A DNA stretch of 61,469 bases, filler included, from Choristocarpus tenellus KU-1152 (Eukaryota; Protista; Phaeophyceae), in NCBI GenBank assembly GCA_964200185.2. It is 6 parts of 6 records of this genome, joined end to end, with 100 filler letters (N's around TTAATTAATTAA, not from the genome) between each part and the next. Parts side by side here need not be neighbours in the genome. Positions count along the whole stretch, not along the records: positions 33,223 to 57,297 come from CAXNAD020000225.1; 5 more parts are not named here. The stretch is one strand, 5' to 3'. The notes under the pieces are model-generated. The model did no database searches. It worked only from the letters and a program-made list of their open reading frames with translations, and was not told the DNA's origin. Made by a program: the position numbers and the translations under genes. This document shows, piece by piece, positions 36,901-48,900 of this stretch. How positions within the stretch are numbered: position 1 is the stretch's first letter; each line of letters starts with the position of its first letter.

Positions 36901-39900
36901 CCTCCGTACCCCCTGACCTCTGCCCACCACCATCTGCCTCCAGCTTCAATTGCAGTGGTAGATTTTGAACTCTTTAAAAGTAGAGTTAAATGATTTGCTG
37001 CATAATACTGTTACCATAGACCATATTCCTATGGTACTTTTAGTCTACACAATAGCTTACACCTTCCTGAGGTCACAAAACAGAAGTATGCATCCCAATA
37101 TATATATATATATATATATATGTTGCACCACTACGAAGCACTCCACCCTGACACAAACAACAGATCGACTTTCAGCAGTACCAAAAATGTATCACTCAAG
37201 CCCTGAAAGGATGTACTATTAGGTGACCAATCTACTGAGAAAATGGGGATGAATTTGTCGAAACTACCACAGAGTACTACTCTGTGTCTCCACTTTTCTT
37301 CATCTTCCCCATGTAGAGAGAAAACACAGTTACATAGAGTTGATGGCAGAGTCGGTGCGACCCAAAGCATTTAAGAGGGTAGGGTTGTGTTTGTTCAAGG
37401 TCATAAATCCAATGTTGGAAGGATGATGAGTTTTGACTATTGTGTTTGTCAGCAAGAGTCAATATCCTTGCTCCAGACACACCTTTCATAGTTGTCTACA
37501 TTTTAGGTAACTGTGTTCACACAGAATACTGAAAGAGGGCATAAGAAACCCATGGGGAGGCAAGACCCGAACGAACATACAGGGCAAAACTCTTACCCTC
37601 TTAAATGATTTGGGTATGTGAGGGAATAGATTTAAAACAAACATTGCCTAAGAAATCTTGTCAGCAGCGTTGAGCAGAAAATGTAATTTCTGATGTGGAT
37701 GTATCTGAGTGCACACAGTGCTTTTGTGCATGGACCAGACCACCTGCACGTAATGCCACTGCATGACAGAATGCTATAGTATAAAACACAATACCCATCA
37801 GTGTGGGGAATACTTCATGGATTGGAAACTCATACATTAGAATCACTCGAAAATAGCTCCTGCATACACCATTTCTTGCCGATAAAATATATTTTTTGTC
37901 GAGGCCTCCCCTGAGCCAGCAGCATGGATTCAACATTAAGTCATGCTGTACTCTCATCCCAAAATGTGCTTCCCATTGTGCTTGCAAATTGTTCTTTTTC
38001 CTAATGGCATCAACTAAACACTATGCACATTGTCAAATCTCTCTCTCTCTCTCTCTCTCTTGTTTGTTTTGGTGAATTGCAGGCTGCAACAATGACAACA
38101 GGCAGAGCAGGGAAGCCCAAAGTTGCAGAGGAGCAAGGAGATCGAACAAGGGAAAAAGCAAAGCAATGAGAGAAGCAAACGGAGTGGAATTGCATCCATC
38201 CAGCCAATTATCCGACCTCTCTGACCTTTCAGATTTCCTAGACCATGAGGAGGGCGTCAGGTGTGACTTTAGTTGCTACAGAAGGGAAGGGGAACAAAAT
38301 GTGGACAATCTCGATGGTGCTACTAGAGACGGTTTGAAGTTGGCAATCCGCACGGAAAATCAAGGTGAGGGATCAGGGTCCTGTTTCGACCAGAAGAGTG
38401 GGCGGCGAAATGGTGACAGAGTTCGGGGTGTATACAGCTTGGAAAGAAAGTGGACCACAGAGTCTGATTCAGAGGGAAGGGAGGACGAGGGTTCTTCAAC
38501 CTCCTCCCTAAAGTCTTGTTCTGGGGTGATTTGCTCCTCACATCCAAAGGGTAGCTTTACTCGTGACAGAGCTAGGGTATCGACAACTTTGAGTCAAGGG
38601 GCTGCCAGACGGTGGAGCACAGGGGCAAGAGGTTATCATGGGGTTATCACGGGCAATGGTAAGCGCGGGGAAGGTCAAGACTATGGAAGCGACAGTGCCA
38701 TTGAAGAAGAGACTAAGTCACATAGGTGGTCTGTGGATGTGGGAAATGTGGACACGGATCTTCCTCGCATTCGTGAATTGTTCAAGTGCACACTTACCTC
38801 ATCAACATCAAGCACAGGGCTGTCTAGATCAGAAGGGGGTGACATGTCTGGTTCCTCCAGCACGGCACCCCTAGCTACAATCAGAGTTCCAGACACTACC
38901 GCAGACTCAATGGACCTAAGGCATGACTGATCTTTCCTTATATGAGCAGTCTCATATGGAAGGGATGTAATATAATGTAGCGCTGACATGAAGATCTGAC
39001 ACTTCAATTTCTCAATCTCTTGAGCTTATCATACTCTCATTCTAGATGCCAACCTCATTGTTGTTGAAAGCTTGCACGATCAAAGTTGTGTGGGAGTGCA
39101 ATCATTGTTTTCAAACTCGTGAATAGTCACTTCATCAAAAGCCTAACATATGCCCATGATAGTCAGGGTTTGTGTTCAGATAGGATACTTGAAAAAGTTG
39201 GTGTTGTCAGCTTGCACTTCGCTCGAGTATATTTGGATTTCTCTTCCTGTGCCATTACTACGATATACTCTTATAGGTCTGAGAATGCTTTGCTTCATTG
39301 AAGAGCAAACTTCTTCCTTCATTGAGGATCTCCAAACCTTGACAAGGCACGATATACCTGCTTCAACTGACTTGCATTGTTTGTGATTGCCCTGCACACC
39401 TGTTTTATTTTCTTGAGGTTCTTCTACTCGAATTGGACTGCCTCTTGATTGAGACCCACTCCCCCATAACTGAGCACCCTCAACAACGGGCACTTGCCCT
39501 TGTCACTCCACACAGGCCAGCTGCATCTCACCTTTATCCTCCTCAACTTATCCAACAAAATTCCCCTCATTCAAACATTCCTTCCTGTCCCTTCCCTCGA
39601 TCATCCCTCTGTACATACCTTGAACAAATTCATGATACCAGCGACTCCTCTGAAGGCTCATTGTTCTCCTCAGACGAAAACCAACACTTGGGAAAATCTA
39701 ACGATGAGTTCACTCAAGCTTTCATAAGTGATGTGCATGAAGGGGAAAGAGTGGGTGGAGGTGTAGTGTCAGGGAAGGAGAGAATGGCAGGAGCTATGCT
39801 GAGGGCTAATAAGACCGTGGGGTTGTTAAGATTGGATGATGATTTAGGAGACTCAGCAGCAAAGGAGCTTGAGGGGATGGATGCTGGAAGGGAGCCTAGA

Positions 39901-42900
39901 TACAAAACCTCCTGTGCCATTGATCAGTCCCCTTTCAATGCATCAGCAAGTGCTGTGAGCCATCAAGAGGCCTTGCGGTTGGTGAATGCAGACCCAGTGA
40001 TGGGGAGGGATGAGGACCCTGAAAAGGAGCAGTTGTTTGAGGCTTTCCTGTCAGTAAGTGCTGGCAATATTGATCTTCTCCAAGCACATCTCTTTGAACA
40101 TGATGCAGACCGACTGCCCGGTCAATGTTTCCAACCAATACCCGGTGGTTGAAAAAATTTGTAGACTACCATATAGGTGGTATCATGTCAAAGCCATGCA
40201 ACACATATCTGTTGAAGTGAGATTTGAATAGTGCAGAGTGGTGTGCTGGCTACTGCTTCATTGCCATGTTTGGTGTATGTGCTCTACATATTTTATTGGT
40301 GTACAATCTTGACATAATTGTACTTTCATCTTTTTGATGTAATTTTACCTTCAACCCATATGTCACTGCAGCTCTTCCGCAATTCTTGTAAGGTATATAC
40401 CACACACTTGCTCCTGAATATTTTATAAATTGGTTGCCCCCCCCTACATCCCTATCTCTTCACCACCTCGAGAACTTTCCAACCTTCATCAACCTCGTAG
40501 ATGTCCTGCAGTGCATCCAACGGCCAACTAACTGGCATACGGTTCCTAAGATTTACTCCAGAGCATGTTTCACCAAGGCATTATCTACAGATCTCATCAA
40601 ACCTTACAACACCAGAGCAGGGCACAAACGGTTGCTTAAACTTGAGTGTAGTTCAAAATCCTCATTTTTCACTTTTTCAGTCCTGCAGTCTCTCACCTTC
40701 TTCCCTTGGCCTGGCTTAAGGTGGGTGTACCTGAAAGCTGGGACTTGTCTTCTCTTTCTCTGGGAAGGGGTAGTATTGCTAATCGCCAGGTCAAACGTAC
40801 AATTGCTGATAGGGTCAACAGTGTCCGCTCTGCACTCTTTGGCCGTGGTACACTAGGGGAAAAAAACGGAGGTGGGAGTAGGGGAGATGGAGTAGGTGCA
40901 GGTACGGAGGAGATTGTGCGCCAAGGCAGGAGTGTGGGAGTAGTCAATGAAGGCGAAGATAAACCGGTGCAGGAGGAACCTGGCATGGTACCAGAGTTCC
41001 ACCCTCAGGATAATGGGCGCCTCATGCCTCAGGTGGGAAGGAGGTAGGGCTGGCAGCCTAAGAATTTAGAAGATATTGGGAAAAGATCATTTGAAGATTT
41101 CCATGTTCTAGTAAGATCATTGGCTTTTTCTAAGTAGTTTTTGTCTAAACAGTGGGTTGGTGCTGGCAAGGATAAAAATGCAAACGAACCAAAGTATCTT
41201 AGAGGGTAGGGTCGCATCCATTTGGGGGCCAAAGTCCAATGTTGCGATTTTGATGTAATTTTGGCTGTCGTGTTTGTAAGGAAGTGTCAGTATCCTTGTT
41301 CCGGACACACCTTTTCATAACATACACATTCTACTTACTCCGAAACATTTTGGAGCAAGAAAATGTCATTAAAAAACCCATGGGAAGCCAAGTCACAAAT
41401 GGACAGACTGGGCAAAACTCGCGCCCTCTAAGATACTTTCACTCAAACTCTGATATACTGTAAGCAGAGGGACCATATAATAAGTACAATAGATTGGGTA
41501 TGTTGCACTTCCCTGTTGTTCTGTGCATTTTGATCTTCAAAGTGCAAGGTGGTACCATGCAACACTCACCCTGCTTTAAATTGTGTTGGAGATAAGTCCT
41601 ATCTACGCCTGGATTGCTTCCTCTTCCATAATTAAGAGATAAAATAATACTTAGGAAATCTCCAAGTAAAACAATTCCCACTCCTGACACCTTCCTTCCT
41701 TGAATGCACTTCTGGGATGGCATCATTTATGGGACCAGGGCTTATGGTTGGGACACAGGGTGCAAGGGGAAAAGGGTGGTGTTGATATAAGGCACCCTTC
41801 ACACTGTTGAAGCTTCTTCTTCATACTGATAGTGAAAGTATCTTAGAGGGTACGAGTTTTGCCCTGTTTGTCTGTTTGGGGCTTGGCTTCCCACGGGGTT
41901 TATAAAGACATTTTCCTACTCCGAAATGTTTTGGAATAGTTAAAATGTGTACGTTATGAAAAGGTGTGTCCGGAACAAGGATAATGACACTTGCTAGCAA
42001 AGAAAATACCCAAAATTATATCAAAAACACAACATTGGATTCTGACCCCCATTTGGATGCGGTGTTACCCTCTAAGATACTTCGACTCTGACTTGTCTCT
42101 ATTTTGTTCACCAGACCCAATCACATTTACCGCAGCTATGCATTGAGTATTACTTGAGCTCAAATCTTTTGTGGCAACCATTGTGGCGACCAGTTCTGCA
42201 TTTTCGTAATAATCAGGATCTGGTTTATATATATATATGTATGTATATGGTGCTACTCAAAACTTTTCCCCCCACAAATTAACCTCTCTATTGACACACC
42301 CACAAACCAACTATCAAGTATGTTATAAAAGCTACATCAGTGACAGTGAGTACGCAAAACACACCCATGTGAAGGCCAACAATATTATGTTGAACAACAA
42401 AGCACTGGTGATGTAAAACATGGGGTGTCCAAGACCCCACTTTAACACCCTTCTGTTCAACTCCTTCCCTAGTCTCCATCTGGCTTTTCGATGTTCTCCA
42501 CTGCAAAACCCTATGCCCCATTCACAACTACCTTACTCTAGACATCTGACCTTGAACTTCGACCCCCTGAATGTTCCCAATTAATCCAATATAAGGTGCT
42601 GATGAGGTACCCACCTAATGGTCTCCTACCATGCAGTAATGTTGCCGATTATTGCTTTCCAGAGGGGGTGGAGACAAGTCCCCTTGATATCGGAGAGTCC
42701 CTGAGCGATCTCAATAAGGTTTTGTACGCACCAGGGACCTGCCAGAGGGGAGATAATTCCTTCACCTTCATGTTTTCAGGTGTGTTCAATTCATTCAATA
42801 CCCCTGCATTAATAGCAACTCTCTCATCATATATTTGAAAGAGTCCGTCTCAAGCTCCTAGGAAAGTTCAAGTCAAACACAACAATAGATGTTCCAACCA

Positions 42901-45900
42901 AGACATCAACAGGAAATGCACACTCCTGACATTGGAATATTGCTGAGTGAAAGTATCTTAAAGGGTACGAGTTTTGCCCTGTCTGTCCATTTGGGGCTTG
43001 GCTTCCCATGTTTTTGTTTATGACATTTTCCTACTCCAAAATGTTTCGGAGTAGGTTAAATGTATATGTTATGAAAAGATGTGTCCGGAACATGGATTTT
43101 GACACTTTCTAACAAACACGATGTCAAAAAAAACCCCATCAAAATCGCAACATTGGATTTTGACCCTCAAATTGACACGGTTCTACCCCCTAAGGTACTT
43201 CTGCTCTGTTTCTGGAGAGAAATTGATATGGATGGTCCCACCAATGACTGCACTCTCTCCCATATAAGTCAAATCATCAATCCTTCCTTTCTAGCTGGAG
43301 CCCAACTCCAAGGAGCCTCACATGAAACGCGTCAAGTCTTTACTCAGAACACCCTATCCACCATATATCACTGAAATGACCCCCAAGAAAACGGACGCAT
43401 GCTGTAGCACCCACAGGAATATCTTCCCAAGGAACTAATTTCACCCTCCATGACCCCCAACTCTAAAACGGAGTGTGATACCTCTACCGCTCACTCAACT
43501 GTCTACACAACACTTCCTCACCATCCCCATGTTGCATAGGAGACCATGGCTTTCGAGGAGGTGGGGAGGCAGTAGCACCCCGAATATATGGCATATGTGT
43601 GTCTTTTCCAAGGGTTCACTATGGTCGCCCTACACCCAGTGCAGAAGGGCTGACTTGCTCAAATCCATCTTGCCCTTTAAAGAGGCCTGGTTTGAAGGAG
43701 GAAGACTCTGAGGAGGAGGACGAGGGCGAAGAAATTGGGGAAGGGGAAAGGGATGAGAATGATCACAGACAGATTGGTAACGGCGGAGGAAACATGGGGG
43801 TGGAGGTGGGAGGGGTGATTCCCAGCAAATATTCGGTGAGATATTGGGCATTGGTGTTGAGAGAGGAATCAATGGCCAAGGGTTTTGATCCGTGATTTTT
43901 GGGAGGGAGCAGAGAGTGTGGTGTGGGAGTATGCTAGGAAGAGTGGATCTCTTCATGCAGGTGATACATGTGCTGGCCAGCAATTGGACAACCATCCTCA
44001 TGAAGCAGCTCCATGCTAACGTTTTTTCTCCTACCGATCTGTGTGTGCTGTATTATCTACTTTTTCCACCTGGCCATCAGCTCCCCAAATAGTTGATATC
44101 AACAACATCACTTCAAAATATTTCTTGAGGATAAGGCACCCTTAGATGAGACTTTCAACAAACCAGTGGTGTCTCCCAAGTAAAATGATTGAAAGTGTGG
44201 CCATTTTTTTTCCTTTTCCCCACACAAATGCTGCCTATCACTGGCAACAGTCAACAAATGCTGGTCAAGATGCAAAAGAGTCTCAGCCTTCATCCCCGGA
44301 AATAGCTACGGAAGTGGGTGAGAAAGAGTATCAACAGCAAGGGGTCAGCGATAGGGACAAGGAGGAGGGTGGCAAGGCTGAGCTGGCAAAGAAAGCTGCT
44401 GCCTGTTGCAACTGTAGCTACGATCAGATTAACTGCTCGGGCAGGGGCAAGCGTGCTGACCTGCAGGTGAACATGAAAGTCCCAGGGGTGGAGGAAAAGC
44501 AAGGGATACCACATCCGTTCTCCTCACTTCAAGTGATGATCGCTTGGTCTATGGCAATGAGGGAATAATTTCTTTCTTTAGGTGTAGTGGAGTAGGATTT
44601 AGGATATTTTGGGTGTCATCCATTGTTGTAGATCGATACAGGGGTATTAGCATTTAATCGCACATTGTTGTCAAAGGGTGCAATATCAAACTCCAAAGCA
44701 CTTTTGGTAAGATGTGAGGCCATTACCCTTTCATGGGGTCTAGATGCTCTTCGCATTGATAGTTTACTTTCCCCTATTTTTCCAGGACTTCAGAGTAAAT
44801 GGTTGGTACAGATAATGGTTAATACATGTTATGATCCTTTTCCACTTTGGATCAGTAATCTCTCAAGGTGGATTAATAAGGGACGAGTTCATAGTTACAA
44901 CCAGCAACCAGCTCTTGTAGTCATTGCCATTTGCAGTACCACCCAGCCCAAAAAGAGTGTATCACCTGACGGATAGGAATACCTTGTCCCACACATCTTA
45001 TTATTGTTCGTCACCAACTTTCTTCTTCGTTTCCTTCCCCCCCCCCCACCCCCCCCGCACACAATTACCCTCAAAACTAACAGGTTCAGCAATGCTACTG
45101 TATTCTCAGTCGTCACCCCTTCTTTGATCTCCACTTCCAGGTGAGTAATGGGTGTATGGGTAGATTCCTATTATTGCAGTGGTTTGGCATAAAACCCACT
45201 AGTACTAGTCTGGTGTTATTGACACCTAATCTGCATAAATGAGCTCTACGTTCTTCAGTGTACTACCTAGAAATGTTTCTTATTGACATGTAGGAATCTG
45301 AATCATTTCTTTGTGTGTTATCGCCTGGAAATGTTTCATCAAAATATATTTCATCAACAACTCCAAACCCCTATCAAGATGTATGAGAGACTATATTGAA
45401 TATCTAATCATATTGTTGACGAAACGTTTTGGACACCAAAGTATCGCGTGCGTAGCAGAGTTACTTGGGTTTTAATCTCCTCTGTGTCTCCAATGGTCTG
45501 TTCTGAATTATGTTCTGACCGTAGAGATAGCTGTAGTGTGACACTAGGATGGGAGTACAAGAAAAGGAGTGGATGACAACTGACTGCTCTATCTGCTTTC
45601 ATTTTCTATCCATCTATGTACAAAGTAACCATTACATTGCACCTAGCACAGCATCCCAGCATTGGCCCTGTGCGATGATGCCATCACTCATCTGTTGTCT
45701 TGTGTAACAATAGACAATGTGTCGTGTTCTTTGAACTAATGTGCAAGAGTCTTCTGGTACCTCGAACAACAATTCGCAGTGACCGTGATTTTGTATTCTC
45801 CAAGGAGAGTGAGAAGAACCCCAAGAGGTTCCTTCAATAGCCACACACCGCTCTGGAAAATGCTTCATAGATCGATTCTGTTCCCACACAAATCTTTCTA

Positions 45901-48900
45901 GAGCAATAGATATACTAATTATTGTTCTTCAGTGCCGTTGGGGAGATGATTATTTCCAATTTGAAATGTTCTAATTTGTTTATGTGATGACAAGTGTCAG
46001 GTATGGTAGTTTGCAGAGGTAAATATACTTACATACCCTCTTTGTGCGCACTGAACATCCTCTCTTCAATGATGGTAACGGTTACGGGGACCACCTAGGT
46101 TCTGTGGGATCTTGTGGCCGCAGAGAGAGTAATGAGGATGCAGGTATGTGTGTACCAATCAATAGATCTATTGATCGTGTGTGTGGTCAATCCCTTTTGG
46201 GGCTGAGAGTGTGTATGTCTTGAGATTATCCATGTGTTTTTTTTTACATAGTGAAGCAAGCGAGTTATGTATGGGTTGCTGCTCAGATTACGGAAAGTTC
46301 CAACTTTCTCACCGCATTAATTTCATGATGCCTTGCTAGGAGGCAGCTTATCCCGAACATCTGTATGCCCAGCTCTGAGGAGCGTTTCTTCAAAGTCCAG
46401 GTGCAGCACGGAATGTCCCGACCACCCTGCTACTAAGTTGAGTTCACATACCCTCACAGGTAGTCCGAGAGCACTGGGGGGCCCCCACACCAGCTCAGGA
46501 GGAAGCTGCCGAAGCGAAGGTGTCACATAGCCTTAAGGTGCTCTTGGAAGATGTGGCACGAAGGTATACCAAGGAATGGACAAAAACCAAGACTCAAAGT
46601 ATCTGAGGGGGGGTGGGGGGCTACACCAGGGTGTCCATTTGGACCAAATCAGGAAAAATGCATTTACATCATCCATTGGATGTATGCAACCAAATCACCC
46701 AAAAATCGCAACCTGAAAAAATTGAACCCAAATGGACAGCCGCCACCACCCCCTCCAGATACGTTGAGTCCAATGGCGGATTTACACTGTGTATTCCAGA
46801 GTTATGTTGACTCAAACAAATGACAAATTTGGTGGTAGCATCTAGTGTGGCACTCCTTTGCATTGCCTCAGAATTGGAAAAGAGCGATACTTGTGCAGCT
46901 GTGGTCGTTTTTGCGGAATTGCCACCTACTTCTTCAAAGCTTCTTAGGTAAACTTGGTTACTTTAGATATGTAAGGTCCATCTCATCGCATGTGTACAGC
47001 CTGCTACAGAAGAGGACTAAGAACTAGACCATGCCCCTGGCCAGAGATTGAGGTTGGGGAAAGGGGAGTGTTGGAATAGGAATAAGGGATCATTTTCAGG
47101 GGCTCAAGTAGTTTAGCTATTCTGGATAGAGCTCTAGGGTGTCAACAAGAAGGTGAAGGAGATGTCGTTTTTCTTGTGAGAAGTGGCATGGATAATACAT
47201 TAATATTCAGAGAACCAAGAATGATAGAGTATTCAGATATTGATTATGGTATTGAAGGAAAGTTGAGGTGCAACGATGGGACAAAAGAAAGACTATACTA
47301 CTGGAAACTAGGAGTGACAGAAAATGAGTACCTGGATAGGGATCCTTCTTAAGTGATTTATATCAAGCATATTAAAATATTTTCATTGTTGTAGCTTGGT
47401 CCATATTTTTCTAATGAGGTACCAGCAGTTGATAGATCCGATTGGGCACCGCTGTGGTCTCCTCCTCTTGTCCCCAGCCCATGGACACCTCCAATCACTG
47501 AATGATATCCCCCTAATTTGACTGAAAATGAATTGAACATCTGCTCAATGTGCTTCTATTGAAGGTATATGCAAATCCCGATGCCGCTCCCTGGAGGTGT
47601 GGTGAGGCTAACCGTTCATCCTCAGCTTCCTGAGATCTGCTACACACTGCGGAAGGAGAGCAAGGATGAGACTGCTGCATACCAAGAATTTTGTTCTGGT
47701 CAACAAGGGGAGGGGTGAGGATCAAGGAGTTGCTCTACAAGAGTAGAGCACTGCTTTCAGCTGAAGTGATTATTGACACAATAATTTCTTCGAGTTGAGA
47801 TGTGCCTGTTTAAACCCATACTCAACTCCCCCGACTTTCAACCTAGGAGACTACCATTACCTATTATCTTGCCCCCCCATGCATCTTTTCGGCGCATCAG
47901 TTGAATGCACCTGTTGTTTCACTTTAGTGTTTTGCTCCCAATTTTCCTCCAACAGATCTAACTGTCCTACCCGCCATTGCATGGGAGGGAGTCCGTCACT
48001 ACCAGCATATGTGGCGGATGGATTGCATATGGTGAATACTGTAGCCTCTTGGGCCCTACCTATGGCATTGTCCTGCCTCCCAGTGCGGACACTTCTGCCG
48101 GTGGTGGGCGCTCTCATGTGCGAGTGCCAGGTGAAGAAGGGAGATGCGAGGGGAATCACATGCTCCGGATTATACTGGAGGGGAAGAGCGGCTAAGCCCA
48201 TACATAAAACGACTGTAGTGATTTAGTAAGAGTGTTGTTGGCTAGGTTAAAGGAGTTTCAACATCGCAAAACTTTATTGTTTTTGATCCTGAAATGTCGT
48301 CAACAGGATACATCGCGGGAATTCCATTGTTTGTGCTGCAGGTACATAGGCGACCTTTGGTGGGAGAGAAATAGGGCACAGGTGGAGCAGCAAGGTAAAC
48401 ATCAGTTTTCTCAACTTAGCCTATTGACACGACTGAAGAAGTCACTGCAGTTCTACGTCCAAAATGCCAAGGTTTTCTCATAAACTTGTGTGCCTCCCTA
48501 TCACCCTGTTTGACTTCTCTTTGTCCTACTCCAAAATAGTGTTCCTGTTTAAAGTTTAATGTCCCGAATCTATTTTCAAGGACAGATCTCATCCCAGTGA
48601 TCTCATCCCAGTGACATACTACAAGGCAACGACTAGATTAGCTACCTGTTGTTATCTCTGTGACACCCTCTTGACAAGAAAAACAGATTGCAAGACTGCA
48701 CAAAGGGTCCACACAAGTGGCTGCATGCTTAAGTCATTAGTGCCTCCAAAGGCCATGGTCTGCTCAAAAGAAAGAGACCATTCTAACCAGCTCATATCCT
48801 AACCCTAACCCTATTCCCCCCACCCGCCTCAAATATATTGCCCACAATTTGTCTAATAAATATTGTCCCACGCTTTCAGGTAATAGTTGTGAGTCAAAAT

